The position numbers were made by a program, and so were the translations under genes. Positions 1 through 14,059 of a DNA stretch of 64,000 nt are shown piece after piece; positions within the stretch are counted from its first letter, which is position 1, and every line of letters starts with the position of its first letter. The stretch lies in the NCBI GenBank assembly GCA_964016885.1, contig OZ024740.1:277388001-277452000 (forward strand), in the 5' to 3' direction. The DNA is from Eledone cirrhosa. Its lineage: Eukaryota. The notes under the pieces are model-generated. The model saw nothing but the letters and a program-made list of their open reading frames with translations, had not been told where the DNA came from and did no database searches.

Positions 1-380
1 CTTCAGCTAACTCCAAGTAAGGTCATAGAACTCAATTTACTATTGATTTTGAATAACATTTTCATTGCTTTTGACAACGGCTGACGATATACACGTAGGT
101 AAATATATTCCTTATTTGATATTTTGTAACTAACCTTACATAGATCGATAACGAAATATACGTTCGATGTATTATTATCACCTAGAAACGATCGTAAAGC
201 AGTGAAGTATATTCCTAATGAATTGAATTTCATTGTTATTACTTATATCATGAATCTGTTTTCCTTTTGATGTTTTATTGTTTTCCGGGATTTATTTTAA
301 CCTACAACATTTTCAACATATGGATTACATTGAGTTCTTCATGCAGACTAGACCCCACAACTAACCGTGTACATTTATGT

Positions 381-416
<36 letters not shown>

Positions 417-542
417 CTGTGTGTGTGTGTGCATATGTATATATGTATATATATGTGTGTGTATGCATATGTATATATGTATATATGTATATATATAAAT
501 ATATATATATATAAATTATATATACATATATATATACATACA

Positions 543-602
<60 letters not shown>

Positions 603-927
603 CATATATACTTTATATATATATATATATATATTATATATACATATATATATACATACATATTTATACATATGTATATATGTATTGAAGTTTCCGTTGA
701 AAATTGAAAAAGTCATAGGAGTGAAGAGTGCTCTATGTAAGTTACAGAGCTACATTTAATGTATAATAAACAATACAATATAATTGCCTTGTCTGACGAA
801 CGAATGAGGATGTTTCTTGTATTCGTCTTATTTGGGAAACCTCTGGTAATGAGGTAATTTTATTGTATTATAATATTATACATTATATATATATATATAT
901 AGTTATGTAATAAACAACATAAGGCAA

Positions 928-992
928 TTATTCCATTTACCAGTGGTTTCTTAAAAGCAAAAGATTTTGCTTTCAATCCTCAGAATGAACAA
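928..992 (-). ncRNA. Type I hammerhead ribozyme (family H1, GUA site)
   Basis: Minus strand reads ttgttcatt-CTGAGGA-ttgaaagcaaaa tc ttttgcttttaa-GAAA-cca c tgg-TA-aatggaataa. All three stems pair and the core is intact. Confidence 0.8.
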
Positions 993-1144
993 ATCCTGGT
1001 CTGTTTATTGAATCTGGATTTTAAAAACAAAAATGCAATCTATATGAAAGTGAGCCTGGAGAAGGAAGAAGGAAAGGAAAAATAAAATAAAACTACACAT
1101 GCAAACACACACACAAAAACACGCACACAAAAACACAAAAGCAT

Positions 1145-1384
<240 letters not shown>

Positions 1385-1832
1385 ATACATATATATATAT
1401 ATATATATACATACACTCATACATACACACACACACACATATACACACATATATGTGTATATAAATACACACAAACACATACTTATACACATATATACAT
1501 ACGCACATAAATATCAACACATCCATACATACACATACATATATATATACGTAATAGCACCACCAACTACAAAAACAAAGACGGTTGAACTGCTTTACGT
1601 TGAGTACTCTCTATATTATTGCATTACGATTGACCATACGGAATAGACCAGCTCTATACAGTGGTGAACCTCAAGCCTGAATATATACATATACATATAT
1701 GCAAAGTTTTATTTAAATTGTTGGGTTAACAACGAGTAAATATTTATAACTGATATAAAAGCACTCAACAAGTATTTGGAGTATATTTACGATATTAAAT
1801 AAATGGAAACTATATTTATAAAACCATATTTA

Positions 1833-1894
1833 TTTCATTATATATATTTCAGGGATATCAGATTAAAAATATGTTATGCCTTCTTCAGACAAAA
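1833..1894 (-). ncRNA. Type I minimal hammerhead ribozyme (family H2)
   Basis: ttttgt-CTGAAGA-agg...cct-GAAA-tatata-TA-atgaaa, with a palindromic stem III region. Confidence 0.6.
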
Positions 1895-2560
1895 TACAAT
1901 ATAAACAGTCTTATAAATAGATAGATTCGACATACCTTTCAACTTCGACTTCTATTTGAAAAGTTGATTTGATAGTTATATACATATATATATATGTGTA
2001 CAAGCATACATATACACAAACATAGCCATGCACACATACATATACATACATACATACATGCACACAATCATACATATATACACACGTACATACATACACA
2101 TACATAAATGCACTCCTCTACATATTCACACACGCAAATAAATATAAGAAAAAAAATATATATATAAAAAAATTGTTGACAGCGATACAACCGGCAGGGA
2201 ACTGGACAGACACGCGTGGTAAGTAATACACACAAATGCACGTATACATACGTACGAAATAGTAAATACATACACACACTCTCACACATAAATATACATA
2301 TACAAATACATAAACACATGCATACACATACACAAATACATACACAAACACGCACACGCACACGTATACAATTATACACACACATATACACACACATATG
2401 TATATGTAATTATATACACACACATATATATATACATAAATATAAAAATATACACACACACATATATGTATACATACACACACACACATATACATACATA
2501 GCTATAAAATTATACACATACGAAACCGTACATATCATAAACACGCACAACCAAATACAA

Positions 2561-2622
<62 letters not shown>

Positions 2623-2629
2623 GGAAAGT

Positions 2630-3031
2630 TATATTTAAAATTGTTGGGTTACAACTAGTAAATATTTATAACTGATATAAAAGCACTCGACAAATATTTG
2701 GAGTATATTTACAATATTAAATAAATGGAAACTATATTTATAAAACCATATTTATTTCATTATATATATTTCGGGGATATCATATTAACAATATGCTATG
2801 CCTTCTTTAGACAAAATACAATATAAACAGTTTTATAGATAAATAGACTGCCAGTTTAACCTCTTCAAATGCAAGTCGGTGTTATTACGGTATGTCGAAT
2901 CTATTTATCTACAAAACTGTTTATATTGTATTTTGTCTGAGGAAGGCATAGCATATTGTTAATATGATATCCCCGAAATATATATAATGAAATAAATATG
3001 GTTTTATAAATATAGTTTCCATTTATTTAAT

Positions 3032-3035
<4 letters not shown>
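2630..3035. repeat. Fold-back element of family H2 (a further single arm at about 1700-1960)
   Basis: 2710-2847 is the reverse complement of 2899-3035. Flanked by (TA)n. Confidence 0.8.
2931..2992 (+). ncRNA. Type I minimal hammerhead ribozyme (family H2)
   Basis: ttttgt-CTGAGGA-agg..catatt gtt aatatg..cccc-GAAA-tatata-TA-atgaaa. The opposite-arm copy (2755-2816, minus) has a mutated core, CTAAAGA. Confidence 0.6.
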
Positions 3036-3115
<80 letters not shown>

Positions 3116-3154
3116 CATATACATACACATACAGTAATAAGCAACATAAGGCAA

Positions 3155-3218
3155 TTATTCCATCCACCAATGGTTTCTTAAAAGCAAAAACGTTTTCCTT
3201 CAATCCTCAGAATTAAAA
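3155..3218 (-). ncRNA. Hammerhead ribozyme H1 copy with GUG (non-cleavable) triplet
   Basis: CTGAGGA...GAAA-cca t tgg-TG. Position 17 is G. Confidence 0.6.
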
Positions 3219-3284
3219 AAACCTGGTCTATCTACATATACATACATATACACACACAAATATATATATATATATATGTATATT

Positions 3285-3441
<157 letters not shown>

Positions 3442-3461
3442 ATATGTATATATATATATAT

Positions 3462-3518
<57 letters not shown>

Positions 3519-3707
3519 AATATACATACACATACACATAGGTATGTGAAGAGCAAGGCAAAAAGAATATATGGGGGGGGGGGAGGACATAGGAAAAGGT
3601 GAAATATAAGGGGAGGTAAGGGAGAAAAAAATATATATATACAAGAGTACAGAACGTAGATTCAGCAAAATAAAAACCGTAGCAGAAGTAAAGAGCAGGA
3701 AAGGAGT

Positions 3708-4672
3708 TCAAGGCGGTTGATTTATCATAGGAGTGTCAATCCAGTTACAGATCAGATGCGATTTCAGATGAGGACAGCATCTGAAGATCTGTCTTTGAGT
3801 TAAGGCAAGCGGAAGTGGCTCTCAAGTTTAGCAAAATCCTATACTTTTCTGTGATACACAAAGAACAATTCTTTGTGCCCCTTTGGTACTCCCTCCAATG
3901 GTCTAATATAGACCAATCAATAGAGTACGGGATGTTACTATCCTTGAGTTCCCACACCTTACTTGCGAGGGCCGTTGATGTTCGTTTATCGGAGTGCTTA
4001 AAAGAAGCGACATGTGAGTAAAATCTGGTTTTAACCTGTCCTGGGTCATACCGCCATATCGCTCACTCCTGGCTGGCTGGTTGTTGATTACCGGTGTTAT
4101 CTTAGCCTCATAAACAACATATTTGGTGTTACATTTACCCTGCAAAGGGCATTCATCCGGCTTCCTGCAACTGCATCCTGGATTTATTCTCGTATGGTTT
4201 GAACTGGTGATTTTGGACTTCATAGATGGGCAACAAGAGTAGCTGATCTTAACTACGTTCCTATTAAATATCTTATAATATCTATGATTAGGAGGAACAT
4301 TTTTGTCTAAGAGTTCAAGGAATTTCCTTCCTACATTAGTTTTGACAGTTAGAGAGAAGGGGGGTGTGAACCAAATAATCTTCCCTTTCCTGTTATTGTG
4401 GTTAGTTTTAGGGGGGGGGGAGTAGGTAAATAAGACATTTTTTCTGTAAAACCGCTGTTCTTAAGGGCTTTATTATAATAAGGGGCGGCTTTATTAAAAA
4501 TATCTATAGACGAAGATAAGGTAGAAATCCTACGGCTGATGTTAGGAATAAGATTATTAAAAACTATAGGGGGATGGCAAGACTCTTTGTGTATATACCT
4601 AAGATTTTCATTAGGTTTATGATTGGGTTTAAAAGAGGCGGTAAGTAGATCAAGATTAATATCAAGACAAAC
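3708..4672 (-). pseudogene. PLE-D (Naiad-like) RT-thumb/linker/GIY-YIG fragment
   Basis: Translates CLDINLDL..HPP..ISRRISTLSS..IIWFTPPFS..KTNVGRKF..IFNRNVVKISYSC..CSCRKPDECPLQGKC..VVYEA..YGGMT..WELKD..CSLC, with frameshifts. Confidence 0.9.
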
Positions 4673-5268
4673 ATTTTCCTCCTAATCATAGATATTATGA
4701 GATATTTAATAGGAACGTAGTTTAGATCAGCTACTCTTGTTGCCCATCTATGAAGTCCAAAATCACCAGTTCAAACCATACGAGAATAAATCCAGGATGC
4801 AGTTGCAGGAAGCCGGATGAATGCCTTTGCAGGGTAAATGTAACACCAAATCTGTTGTTGTTTATGAGGCTAAGATAACACCGGTAATCAACAACCAGCC
4901 AGCCAGGAGTGAGCGATATGGCGGTATGACCCAGGACAGGTTTAAAACCAGATTTTACTCACATGTCGCTTCTTTTAAGCACTCCGATAAACGAACACCA
5001 ACGGCCCTCGCAAGTAAGGTGTGGGAACTCAAGGATAGTAACATCCCGTACTCTATTGATTGGTCTATATTAGACCATTGGAGGGAGTACCAAAGGGGCA
5101 CAAAGAATTGTTCTTTGTGTACCACAGAAAAGTATAGGATTTTGCTAAACTTGAGAGCCACTTCCGCTTGCCTTAACTCAAAGACAGATCTTCAGATGCT
5201 GTCCTCATCTGAAATCGCATCTGATCTGTAACTGGATTGACACTCCTATGATAAATCAACCGCCTTGA
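4666..5268 (+). pseudogene. PLE-D GIY-YIG endonuclease fragment (inverted arm)
   Basis: DKHFPPNHRYYEIFNRN..CSCRKPDECPLQGKC..FKTRFYSH..TALASKVWELKD..CSLC. The terminal CCPH motif lies in a shifted frame. Confidence 0.9.
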
Positions 5269-5455
5269 ACTCCTTTCCTGCTCTTTACTTCTACTACGGT
5301 TTTTATTTTGCTGAATCTACGTTCTGTACTCTTGTATATATATTTTTTTTTCTCCCTTACCTCCCCTTATATTTCACCTTTTCCTATGTCCTCCCCCCCC
5401 CATATATTCTTTTTGCCTTGCCCTTCACATACCTATGTGTATCTGTATGTATATT

Positions 5456-5544
<89 letters not shown>

Positions 5545-5581
5545 GTGTGTATATGTATGTATATGTATATAGACAAAGTTT

Positions 5582-5645
5582 TTTTCATTCTGAGGATTGA
5601 AGGAAAAATTTTTTGCTTTTAAGAAACCACTGGTGGATGGAATAA
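5582..5645 (+). ncRNA. Hammerhead ribozyme H1 copy with GUG triplet (pLTR 1)
   Basis: CTGAGGA at 5590, GAAA at 5623, then ccactgg-TG. Confidence 0.6.
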
Positions 5646-5678
5646 TTGCCTTATGTTGCTTATTACTGTATGTATATG

Positions 5679-5765
<87 letters not shown>

Positions 5766-5817
5766 GTATATATATATTTGTGTGTGTATATGTATGTATA
5801 TGTAGATAGACCAGGTT

Positions 5818-5881
5818 TTTTAATTCTGAGGATTGAAGGAAACATTTTTTGCTTTTAAGAAACCACTGGTGAATGGAATAA
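5818..5881 (+). ncRNA. Hammerhead ribozyme H1 copy with GUG triplet (partial tandem pLTR 2)
   Basis: CTGAGGA at 5826, GAAA at 5859, then ccactgg-TG-aatgg. Confidence 0.6.
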
Positions 5882-5976
5882 TTGCCTTATGTTGCTTATT
5901 ACTTTATTACTTTACTACTATATATATGAATTATCTAAGACTGAGTTTTACACATACACACATGTATATGTGTATG

Positions 5977-6011
<35 letters not shown>

Positions 6012-6569
6012 TTGTATTTGGTTGTGCGTGTTTATGATATGTAAGGTGTTGTATGTGTATAATTCTATAGCTATGTATGTATATGTGTGTGTGTGTATGT
6101 ATACATATATGTGTGTGTGTATATTTTTATATTTATGTATATATATATGTGTGTGTATATAATTACATATACATATGTGTGTGTATAATTATATACGTGT
6201 GCGTGTGCGTGTTTGTGTATGTATGTGTGTATGTGTATGTATGTGTTTATGTATTTGTATATGTATGTTTATGTGTGAGAGTGTGTGTATGTATTTACTA
6301 TTTCGTACGTATGTATACGTGCATTTGTGTGTATTACTTACCACGCGTGTCTGTCCAGTTCCCTGCCGGTTGTATCGCTGTCAAAAATTTTTTTATATAT
6401 ATATATTTTTTTCTTATATTTATTTGCGTGTGTGAATATGTAGAGGAGTGCATTTATGTATGTGTATGTATGTACGTGTGTATATATGTATGATTGTGTG
6501 CATGTATGTATGTATGTATATGTATGTGTGTATGGCTATGTTTGTGTATATGCATGCTTGTACACATAT

Positions 6570-6601
<32 letters not shown>

Positions 6602-6814
6602 GTATGTATATGTGTGTATGTATATGTATTTATATTTATGTTTCTCTGTGTACGTATGTGTGTATATATGTGTGTGTGGTTGTATATATGTATGTGTATG
6701 TATGGATGTGTTGATATTTATGTGCGTATGTATATATGTGTATATGTATGTGTTTGTGTATATTTATATACACATATATGTGTGTATATATGTGTGTCTG
6801 TGTATGTATGAGTG

Positions 6815-6910
<96 letters not shown>

Positions 6911-7055
6911 TTTGTGTTTTTGTGTGCGTGTTTTTGTGTGTGTTTGCATGCGTAGTTTTATTTTATTTTTCCTTTCCTTCTTCCTTCTCCAGCCTCACTT
7001 TCATATAGATTGCATTTTTTTTTTTAAAATCCAAATTCAATAAACAGACCAGGAT

Positions 7056-7120
7056 TTGTTCATGCTGAGGATCGAAAGCAAAATCTTTTGCTTTTAAGAA
7101 ACCACTGGTAAATAGAATAA
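7056..7120 (+). ncRNA. Type I hammerhead ribozyme (family H1, GUA site)
   Basis: CTGAGGA at 7065, stem II aaagcaaaa/ttttgcttt, GAAA at 7098, then ccactgg-TA. Mirror copy of 928-992. Confidence 0.75.
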
Positions 7121-7213
7121 TTGTCTTATGTTGTTTATTACATAACTATTAAGCTCTGTTACCTACATAGAGCACTCTTTTATCCTGGACTTTTCCGACG
7201 GAATTACTTCATT

Positions 7214-7244
<31 letters not shown>

Positions 7245-7250
7245 GCATAT

Positions 7251-7356
<106 letters not shown>

Positions 7357-7575
7357 TATGTCAAAAACATATGTATGTTGTAATTATATTGAAAATGTAC
7401 CGAATATGTGGGTTATAGAAGCTGATCCGGGCCTGATCCGTTCTGGTTGGGATGCCAAGTGATGCCAGATGACATAGCTACTAATGTATTGAGTACCTTA
7501 CTTACAGTGGTTACTCCCGATTGAAGCCGGAACTCACACACACACACACACACACACATACACACAACGCGCGCG

Positions 7576-7659
<84 letters not shown>

Positions 7660-7661
<2 letters not shown>

Positions 7662-8106
7662 CTAGACCTGAAAATGCGCAAGCTCAAAAGAGCCACAAAA
7701 TGTTATAATAAACCTTCAAAAGTGTGGGACTAGAGTTGTTGCTCAAAAATATTAAAATCATTATCCATCGTACACTCTGTGGCATCCTTTTATAAAAAAA
7801 GAGACTCATAAGGAACTCAAGACGACACGATAATTATTTAAGCTAATGTTCAATATCTCATATTAGATGTTTAGTAATGATTAATACGAAATGCACTTAA
7901 ACCGAATTGTATGTTATAAATTCACTTAAATAATTATCGTGTCGTCTTGAGTTCGTTATGCGTATCTTTTTTATAAAAGGATGCCACAGAGTGTACGATA
8001 GATAATGATTACAATATTTTTGAGCAACAACTCTAGTCCCACACTTTTGAAGGTTTATTATAACATTCTGTGGCCCTTTTGAGCTTGCGCATTTTTCAGA
8101 TCTAGT
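7660..8106. repeat. Fold-back palindrome, about 180-bp arms with about 80-nt spacer
   Basis: actagacctgaaaatgcgcaagctc...gataattatttta is mirrored by taaataattatc...gagcttgcgcatttttcagatctagt. Confidence 0.85.
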
Positions 8107-8898
8107 TTAATATTTTTTTAAGGCAACGCTTGTAATAACTCTAGTTAAACATGATATATATTAATAATAAATTATCGTTGTAATTTAATTAGATTATATA
8201 ATTGTTATTTTATAAATGATCTTATAAATATTATTGTAAGATGTATAAAAATATTTTCAGACTTTTAATATAAACAACTACGAAAAACAATCAATATTAA
8301 ATAAATATATTTTATATAATAATTGTTATAGTTGAATTAATCAAAATTAAATATTACATACAAATAGTCTAACATAATAATAATAAAATAATCTCACATA
8401 AAACGAACAACAATATGGACAAATATACAAGTAAATATGATACAACCAATATTATAAGCATGTTATACCGAACCCCCAAAAAATAGTTAATATAAATTTT
8501 AAAAAAATATATGAATTAATAATATAACTTACCAAAACTAGAAAAATATTTTGATGATAAAACGACGAAATACAGGATGAAGATTCGAAAGCGTAACGAT
8601 AAATAAACGCGCAAACAAAGTGGCGGATGATTTTGTGCAACAATTACTCTCATTTGTTGATTAGCCAAGAAGACGATGAAATTAGCGAATAAGACGATAC
8701 ATTACAAAAGATGTTTGGCAGGGATCACCACGGCCAGCGAAACGCCTTGAATTTTTTTTTCACAAGCTACGCATATATGTCATCAGACAGATCCGACATG
8801 CAGACTTAAAATATGCTGTTGTTAGTCACTGCGTGTCTAACACATATATATATATATATAGTAATAATAATAAATTTGAAGAGTAAATTTATTATTAT

Positions 8899-8958
<60 letters not shown>

Positions 8959-9056
8959 ATAATAATAAATTTGAAGACTAAAATCCAAAGAGGGCTCGAT
9001 AAGGATAAATATATATCAAATATATAAGAGCCGTAGAGCAAATATTTATTAAAATA

Positions 9057-9132
9057 ACAGATTAAAGTTTAAGCAAAGAATCGCTGCTTTCACCCTTAAT
9101 GGGATCTTCTGAAACTAACAAAGTCAATCTGT
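9057..9132 (-). ncRNA. Hammerhead-fold motif family H3 (CAGAAGA core variant)
   Basis: Reverse complement of the 11831-11906 motif. Confidence 0.6.
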
Positions 9133-9888
9133 GAAAGCAGAAGTGAATATTTCAAAAAACGTTGCCACCAGAGGAAGACAGGAAGACGATACTTTGGTTC
9201 ATGGAAACGTTCCCTGGCAAAGAACGGGAAAAACGAATATAATACGTCATTATTTGGAGCGGTGAAAAACAATTACACGCAAAAACAGAACCACGTTTAT
9301 GGTATGAAAGAAGTCGTAGACTAATGTTCTCTTAGGTGGTTCATAGAGACGTTCTCTGGCAATGAACGGAAAAAACGAAGATAATACGTCATAAGTGGAG
9401 TGTGGAGAACAATTGCACGCAAAGACAAAACCACGTAAATGGTATAACTGAAGTCGTAGACTAAAATTCTAACTAGGAAACCGAATGATTCTCCGCTTCA
9501 GAGTTAAGAATAAAGTAAATAAAATACAGAGGTAATTGAAATTAAATAAATACATACACGCATCCATATACGTACATACACAAGCATACGCGAAAACACT
9601 CGCTATAGGTATACAAATACACGCACATATAAATATGTGTGTGTGTGGGTGTGCGCGTATACAAATAATTAAAGAAACATATAAATAAATACGTATATAA
9701 CAAGCGCACACACATACCTACATGTAAATACACAAATGTACGTCAACTAAAACACGAAGTACACATATACACACACCCTACATACGTACGAACCCGCATA
9801 TTCACACAGACGCAAAACCTACGTATACACATAACCAAAAGCATATGTACCAGAATATATAAAATATATATAAAATATACGCCATAAA

Positions 9889-10917
9889 GAACTCACAGCC
9901 TTCTTTAATGGCTTCAACCTCTCTATACAGGTTGAGGTCAACCTCTCGGTCGTTAATTACCTCGATGTTACCCTCAATTTATCGAATGGCTTGTATTACG
10001 CGTATAGAAAGGCAGAATGATACGCTTAATTACATAAGTAAGCATCCCAACCATCCTGCCAGCATAACCAAGAACCTGGTAAGAAACGTTTCTTTGAGGC
10101 TTTCCCGTCTATCTACTAACGAGCATATTTTCAACGACCATTCCACATATTACAATGAAGCTCTTGCTAGGAGTGGATTTGTCGATAAGGTAGCATATAC
10201 AGAGTACGAGAATCGACCTAGAAGAAATAGATCCCGACGCATTATATGGTATAACCCACCATATAATATGGATGTGGCCACACCATTAGCTAAGATCTTT
10301 CTATCCCTTATTACGAAGCATTTTCCCCCTACACATAAATATAGTAACATTTTTAATAGAAATACTATTAAAATTTCTTACTCTACGACTCCTAACCTTG
10401 CACATAACATCAGATCTTCAAATTTAGCTAAACTACCTAGCCGTAGGAAAACGTGCAACTCTGTAGTTAGTACTAACTGTAATTGTAGGAATCGGGTTGA
10501 TTGCCCCTATCCGGGAAATGCCTCTCTAGTAACATTGTCTACAAATGTAAGGTTGAAACACCCACGTCCCGTAGGGCCTACATAGGGTTAACCGCCAATA
10601 GATTCAAGCAGCGTCTTTACATGCATACTCATTCTTTTCGTTACCCTCTAAGAAGGAATATGACGTCACTTTCAGCTTATATCTGGAGTCTAAAAGACAA
10701 CCACACCCAATATAAGTTACACTGGGAGATCCTAGCTAAGGCTAGATCGTATAACGGAAATAAAAGACCATGTGACCTCTGCGCCGCCGAGGCCCTGGAA
10801 ATACTCTACGCCACAGACCACATCTTAAACAAAAAATCTGAGGTAATTCCGGCTTGTAAACATAAATTGCACAAAACTTTCCTGTATTACAGCCCCACAT
10901 TATACCCTAACGGATAG
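9889..10917 (+). pseudogene. PLE-A (Naiad-like) RT C-terminus plus GIY-YIG endonuclease, frameshifted
   Basis: VNYLDVTLNL..NHP..IIWYNPPY..IFNRNTIKISYS..CNCRNRVDCPLSGKCLSSNIVYKC..AYIGLT..FKQR..CDLC..CKH across two frameshifts. Confidence 0.92.
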
Positions 10918-11830
10918 TACCATCTATACGCGGATATTTTACGTCTTGGTGTTGTAGCTAAGTATAAGTTATGTTTATACCATTACTTATTTGCATAGGT
11001 AAGTATATATTACACGTATGTTTTGTGAAGGTACGTATACTTTCTCGTACGTATATTTGATTGTATATGTTATGGCGGATATTTTATATATTCTGGTACA
11101 TATTCTGTTAGTTATGTGTATACGTGAGTTTTACGTCTGTGTGAGTATGCGGGTTCGTACGTATGTTGGGTGTGTGTATATGTGTACTTCATGTTTTGGT
11201 TGACGTCGTCTCCGAACATTTGTGTATTTACATGTAGGTATGTGTGTGCGCTTGTTATATACGTATTTATTTATTTATATACGTTTATTTAATTACTTAT
11301 TTATTTGTATACACGCACACACACACATATTTATATGTGCGTGTATTTGTATACCTATAGCGAGTGTTTTCGCGTATGCTTGTGTATGTACGTATATGGA
11401 TGCGTGTATGTATTTATTTAATTTCAATTACCTCTGTATTTTATTTACTTTATTCTTAACTCTGAAGCGGAGAATCATTCGGTTTCCTAGTTAGAATTTT
11501 AGCCTACGACTTCAGTTATACCATTTACGTGGTTTTGTCTTTGCGTGCAATTGTTCTCCACGCTCCACATATGACGTATTCTCTTCGTTTTTTCCGTTCA
11601 TTGCCAGAGAACGTCTCTATGAACCACCTAATAGAATATTAGTCTCTGACTTCTTTTATATCATAGGCGTGGTTCTGTCTTTACGAGTAGTTTTTTTCAC
11701 TGCTCTAAATAATGACGTATTATATTCATTTTTTCCCGTTCTTTGCCAGGGAACGTTTCCACGAACCAAAGTATCGTCTTCCTGTCTTCCTCCGGTTGCA
11801 ACGTTTTTTGAAATATTCACTTCTGCGTTC

Positions 11831-11906
11831 ACAGATTGACTTTGTTAGTTTCAGAAGATCCCGTTAAGGGCGAAAGCAGCGATTCTTTGCTTAAACTTTA
11901 ATCTGT
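11831..11906 (+). ncRNA. Hammerhead-fold motif family H3 (CAGAAGA core variant)
   Basis: acagattga ctttgtt agttt-CAGAAGA-tccc gttaa gggc-GAAA-gca gcgattctt tgc-TT-aaact t taatctgt. Stem I is extended and has an internal loop. Confidence 0.65.
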
Positions 11907-11908
11907 TA

Positions 11909-11986
<78 letters not shown>

Positions 11987-12035
11987 CATATTAAAAAAAT
12001 CTCACAATATCTCACCATATATATATATATATATA

Positions 12036-12848
12036 TATGAAAAAGGGAAAAGAAAGCCTTCACTTGTAGTTCTAAATAATTTAATTCTATAATATTATAA
12101 TTTTACAATTTGGTTTTGTAGATCTAGTAAGTTCTTTGATAACTTTGTTGGGGAGATTTTTTAAAGATTCCTGGTTAACATTGGTGGAGAACTTTCTCGC
12201 ATTCGTCAGTGGCGCTTGTCAAACTGTTTGACAACAGTCACCGATGAATGCAAGAATGTTCTCCAGGAATCTTTTAAAAAATCTCCCCACCGAAATTAAC
12301 AAAGAACTTACCAGATCTACAAACCAAATTGTAAAATTATAATATTATAGAATTAAATTGTTTAGAACTGCAAGTGAAGTCATTCTTTTCCTTTTTTTCA
12401 AATATACCTAACTGTACCAAGGATTTCACACATTTTCCAATATCTCGTTGTGAAATCCTTGGTACAGTTAGGTATATTTGAAAAAAAGAAAGGAAAAGAA
12501 TGACTTCACTTGTAGTTCTAAACAATTTAATTCTATAATATTATAATTTTACAATTTGGTTTGTAGATCTGGTAAGTTCTTTGTTAACTTCGGTGGGGAG
12601 ATTTTTTTAAAGATTCCTGGAGAACATTCTTGCATTCATCGGTGGCGGTTGTCAAACAGTTTGACAAGCGCCACTGACGAATGCGAGAAAGTTCTCCACC
12701 AATGTTAACCAGGAATCTTTAAAGAATCTCCCCAACGAAGTTATCAAAGAACTTACTAGATCTACAAAACCAAATTGTAAAATTATAATATTATAGAATT
12801 AAATTATTTAGAACTACAATTGAAGGCTTTCTTTCCCCTTTTTCATAT
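12036..12848. repeat. Nested double palindrome (A-A'-A-A') between TA tracts
   Basis: Outer apex about 12430-12450. Each 400-bp arm is itself inverted about gtcaaactgtttgac (12218) or gtcaaacagtttgac (12651). Confidence 0.88.
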
Positions 12849-14059
12849 ATATATATATACACACGCACGTAGACAAACAAACCATATAAACTACTTGGCT
12901 GCCGATGCTGCACAATCAATTAAAAGTAAACTTGTCTACCCCATGTACGCTCAGTAGCAACTTGTCGTCCAGGTATTTATCAGAGCCTGCTATATCCACA
13001 CCGTCGCTTCTCACAAACATTTCTGCAAAGACCTACGGAAATATCACACACATCTGTTATAGTTCGATAATTTCTCTAATAGTATCTTCGGTTTGAGCTA
13101 TTAATACCTTTCCCAATATATTTTTCATTGCTGTATTTCATCATTAATTCTATACGATTTATTCAAAATGTTCCTGTATTATGTGATCTATAACGAGAAT
13201 TTTTTCTGTTGAAAAGGTTAACATGTTGTAGACGTTTCTAAAAATAGTATTTCACTGCCAAATGACTACCTACAACAGAAAACAAAGAAACAGTTTTTTT
13301 TATCTGCAAAAATGGAGAGCGTTTCATATCTTCTTCTATATATAAGTTTCTGCGATTCTGTCACAACACACAAAGAGAGAGGAGTAGTTTGACTACCTCA
13401 TACTACTCCTTTCTCTTTAGGCCTGCTGCCTGCGTGAATGTATGTGTAAAAGGAAGGAAGGGGTGGTTAAAAATCTATTGCAACATAGTGGCTGCCATTC
13501 CATTTGTTATGCTGTGTATGTGTATATGTGTTTGTGTGAATGTATATGTGTGTTTGTGTGAATGTATGTCTGAGTATGTATTTTGGGGAGTGTATCTGTG
13601 ATTGCATGTGTATATTTATTTACTCATACATATAATTGTATGCATATGTACATACACACATACAGACATACACACATACAGACATACACACATACCTGTC
13701 AGCGTGTTGAAAAAAAATTCTAGTAAAAGTGAAAAAGCTAAATGCTGTTAGGAATGTGGGGAAGGGCATTCGCTGTTTTGAGCATTGTAGAACCTACAGC
13801 CTATTGTGTGTAGCTTTTTGTTATGCAATATCGGTGAGTACCAATCATACCAGTCTGTATGACGTTGCAGAAGCAGTATAGAAAGACACGAAACTCGTGT
13901 GGCAGGATGGAAATCTAGTTTCTACACTTAAGGAATCACAGCACTATTGGGGTTATAATGGGAGGAGCAATAAAAAGTGGAGATGTGTGAGGATCCGCTG
14001 GAAATAAAGGAATTAGCCCCAACTAAAAGTTGATTAATTTTCTGACTAACAGGATGTAA

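Larger units (their letters stand above)
8955..11915 (+). mobile_element. PLE-A: 5'-truncated Penelope-like element with inverted upstream pLTR
   Basis: ORF remnant 9889-10917, pLTR 10920-11915, and an inverted pLTR copy at 8955-9886. Both ends lie in (TA)n. Confidence 0.9.

Noticed and set aside
785-870. HHR-like CTGACGA..GAAA-cctc..gagg-TA
   Set aside because: Nine unpaired nucleotides precede GAAA and there is no credible stem I next to the core. An alternative pairing (aattgcctt/gaggtaatt) competes.
8105-8850. AT-rich block with short coding-like stretches (also ORF 3-233)
   Set aside because: Multiple stops and no motif I can name. The CTGATGA near 8780 lacks stems I and III.
12670-12760. 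CTGACGA..GAAA/GAAG in the nested palindrome family
   Set aside because: I could not build consistent stems I-III. Possibly a degenerate ribozyme, but unsupported.
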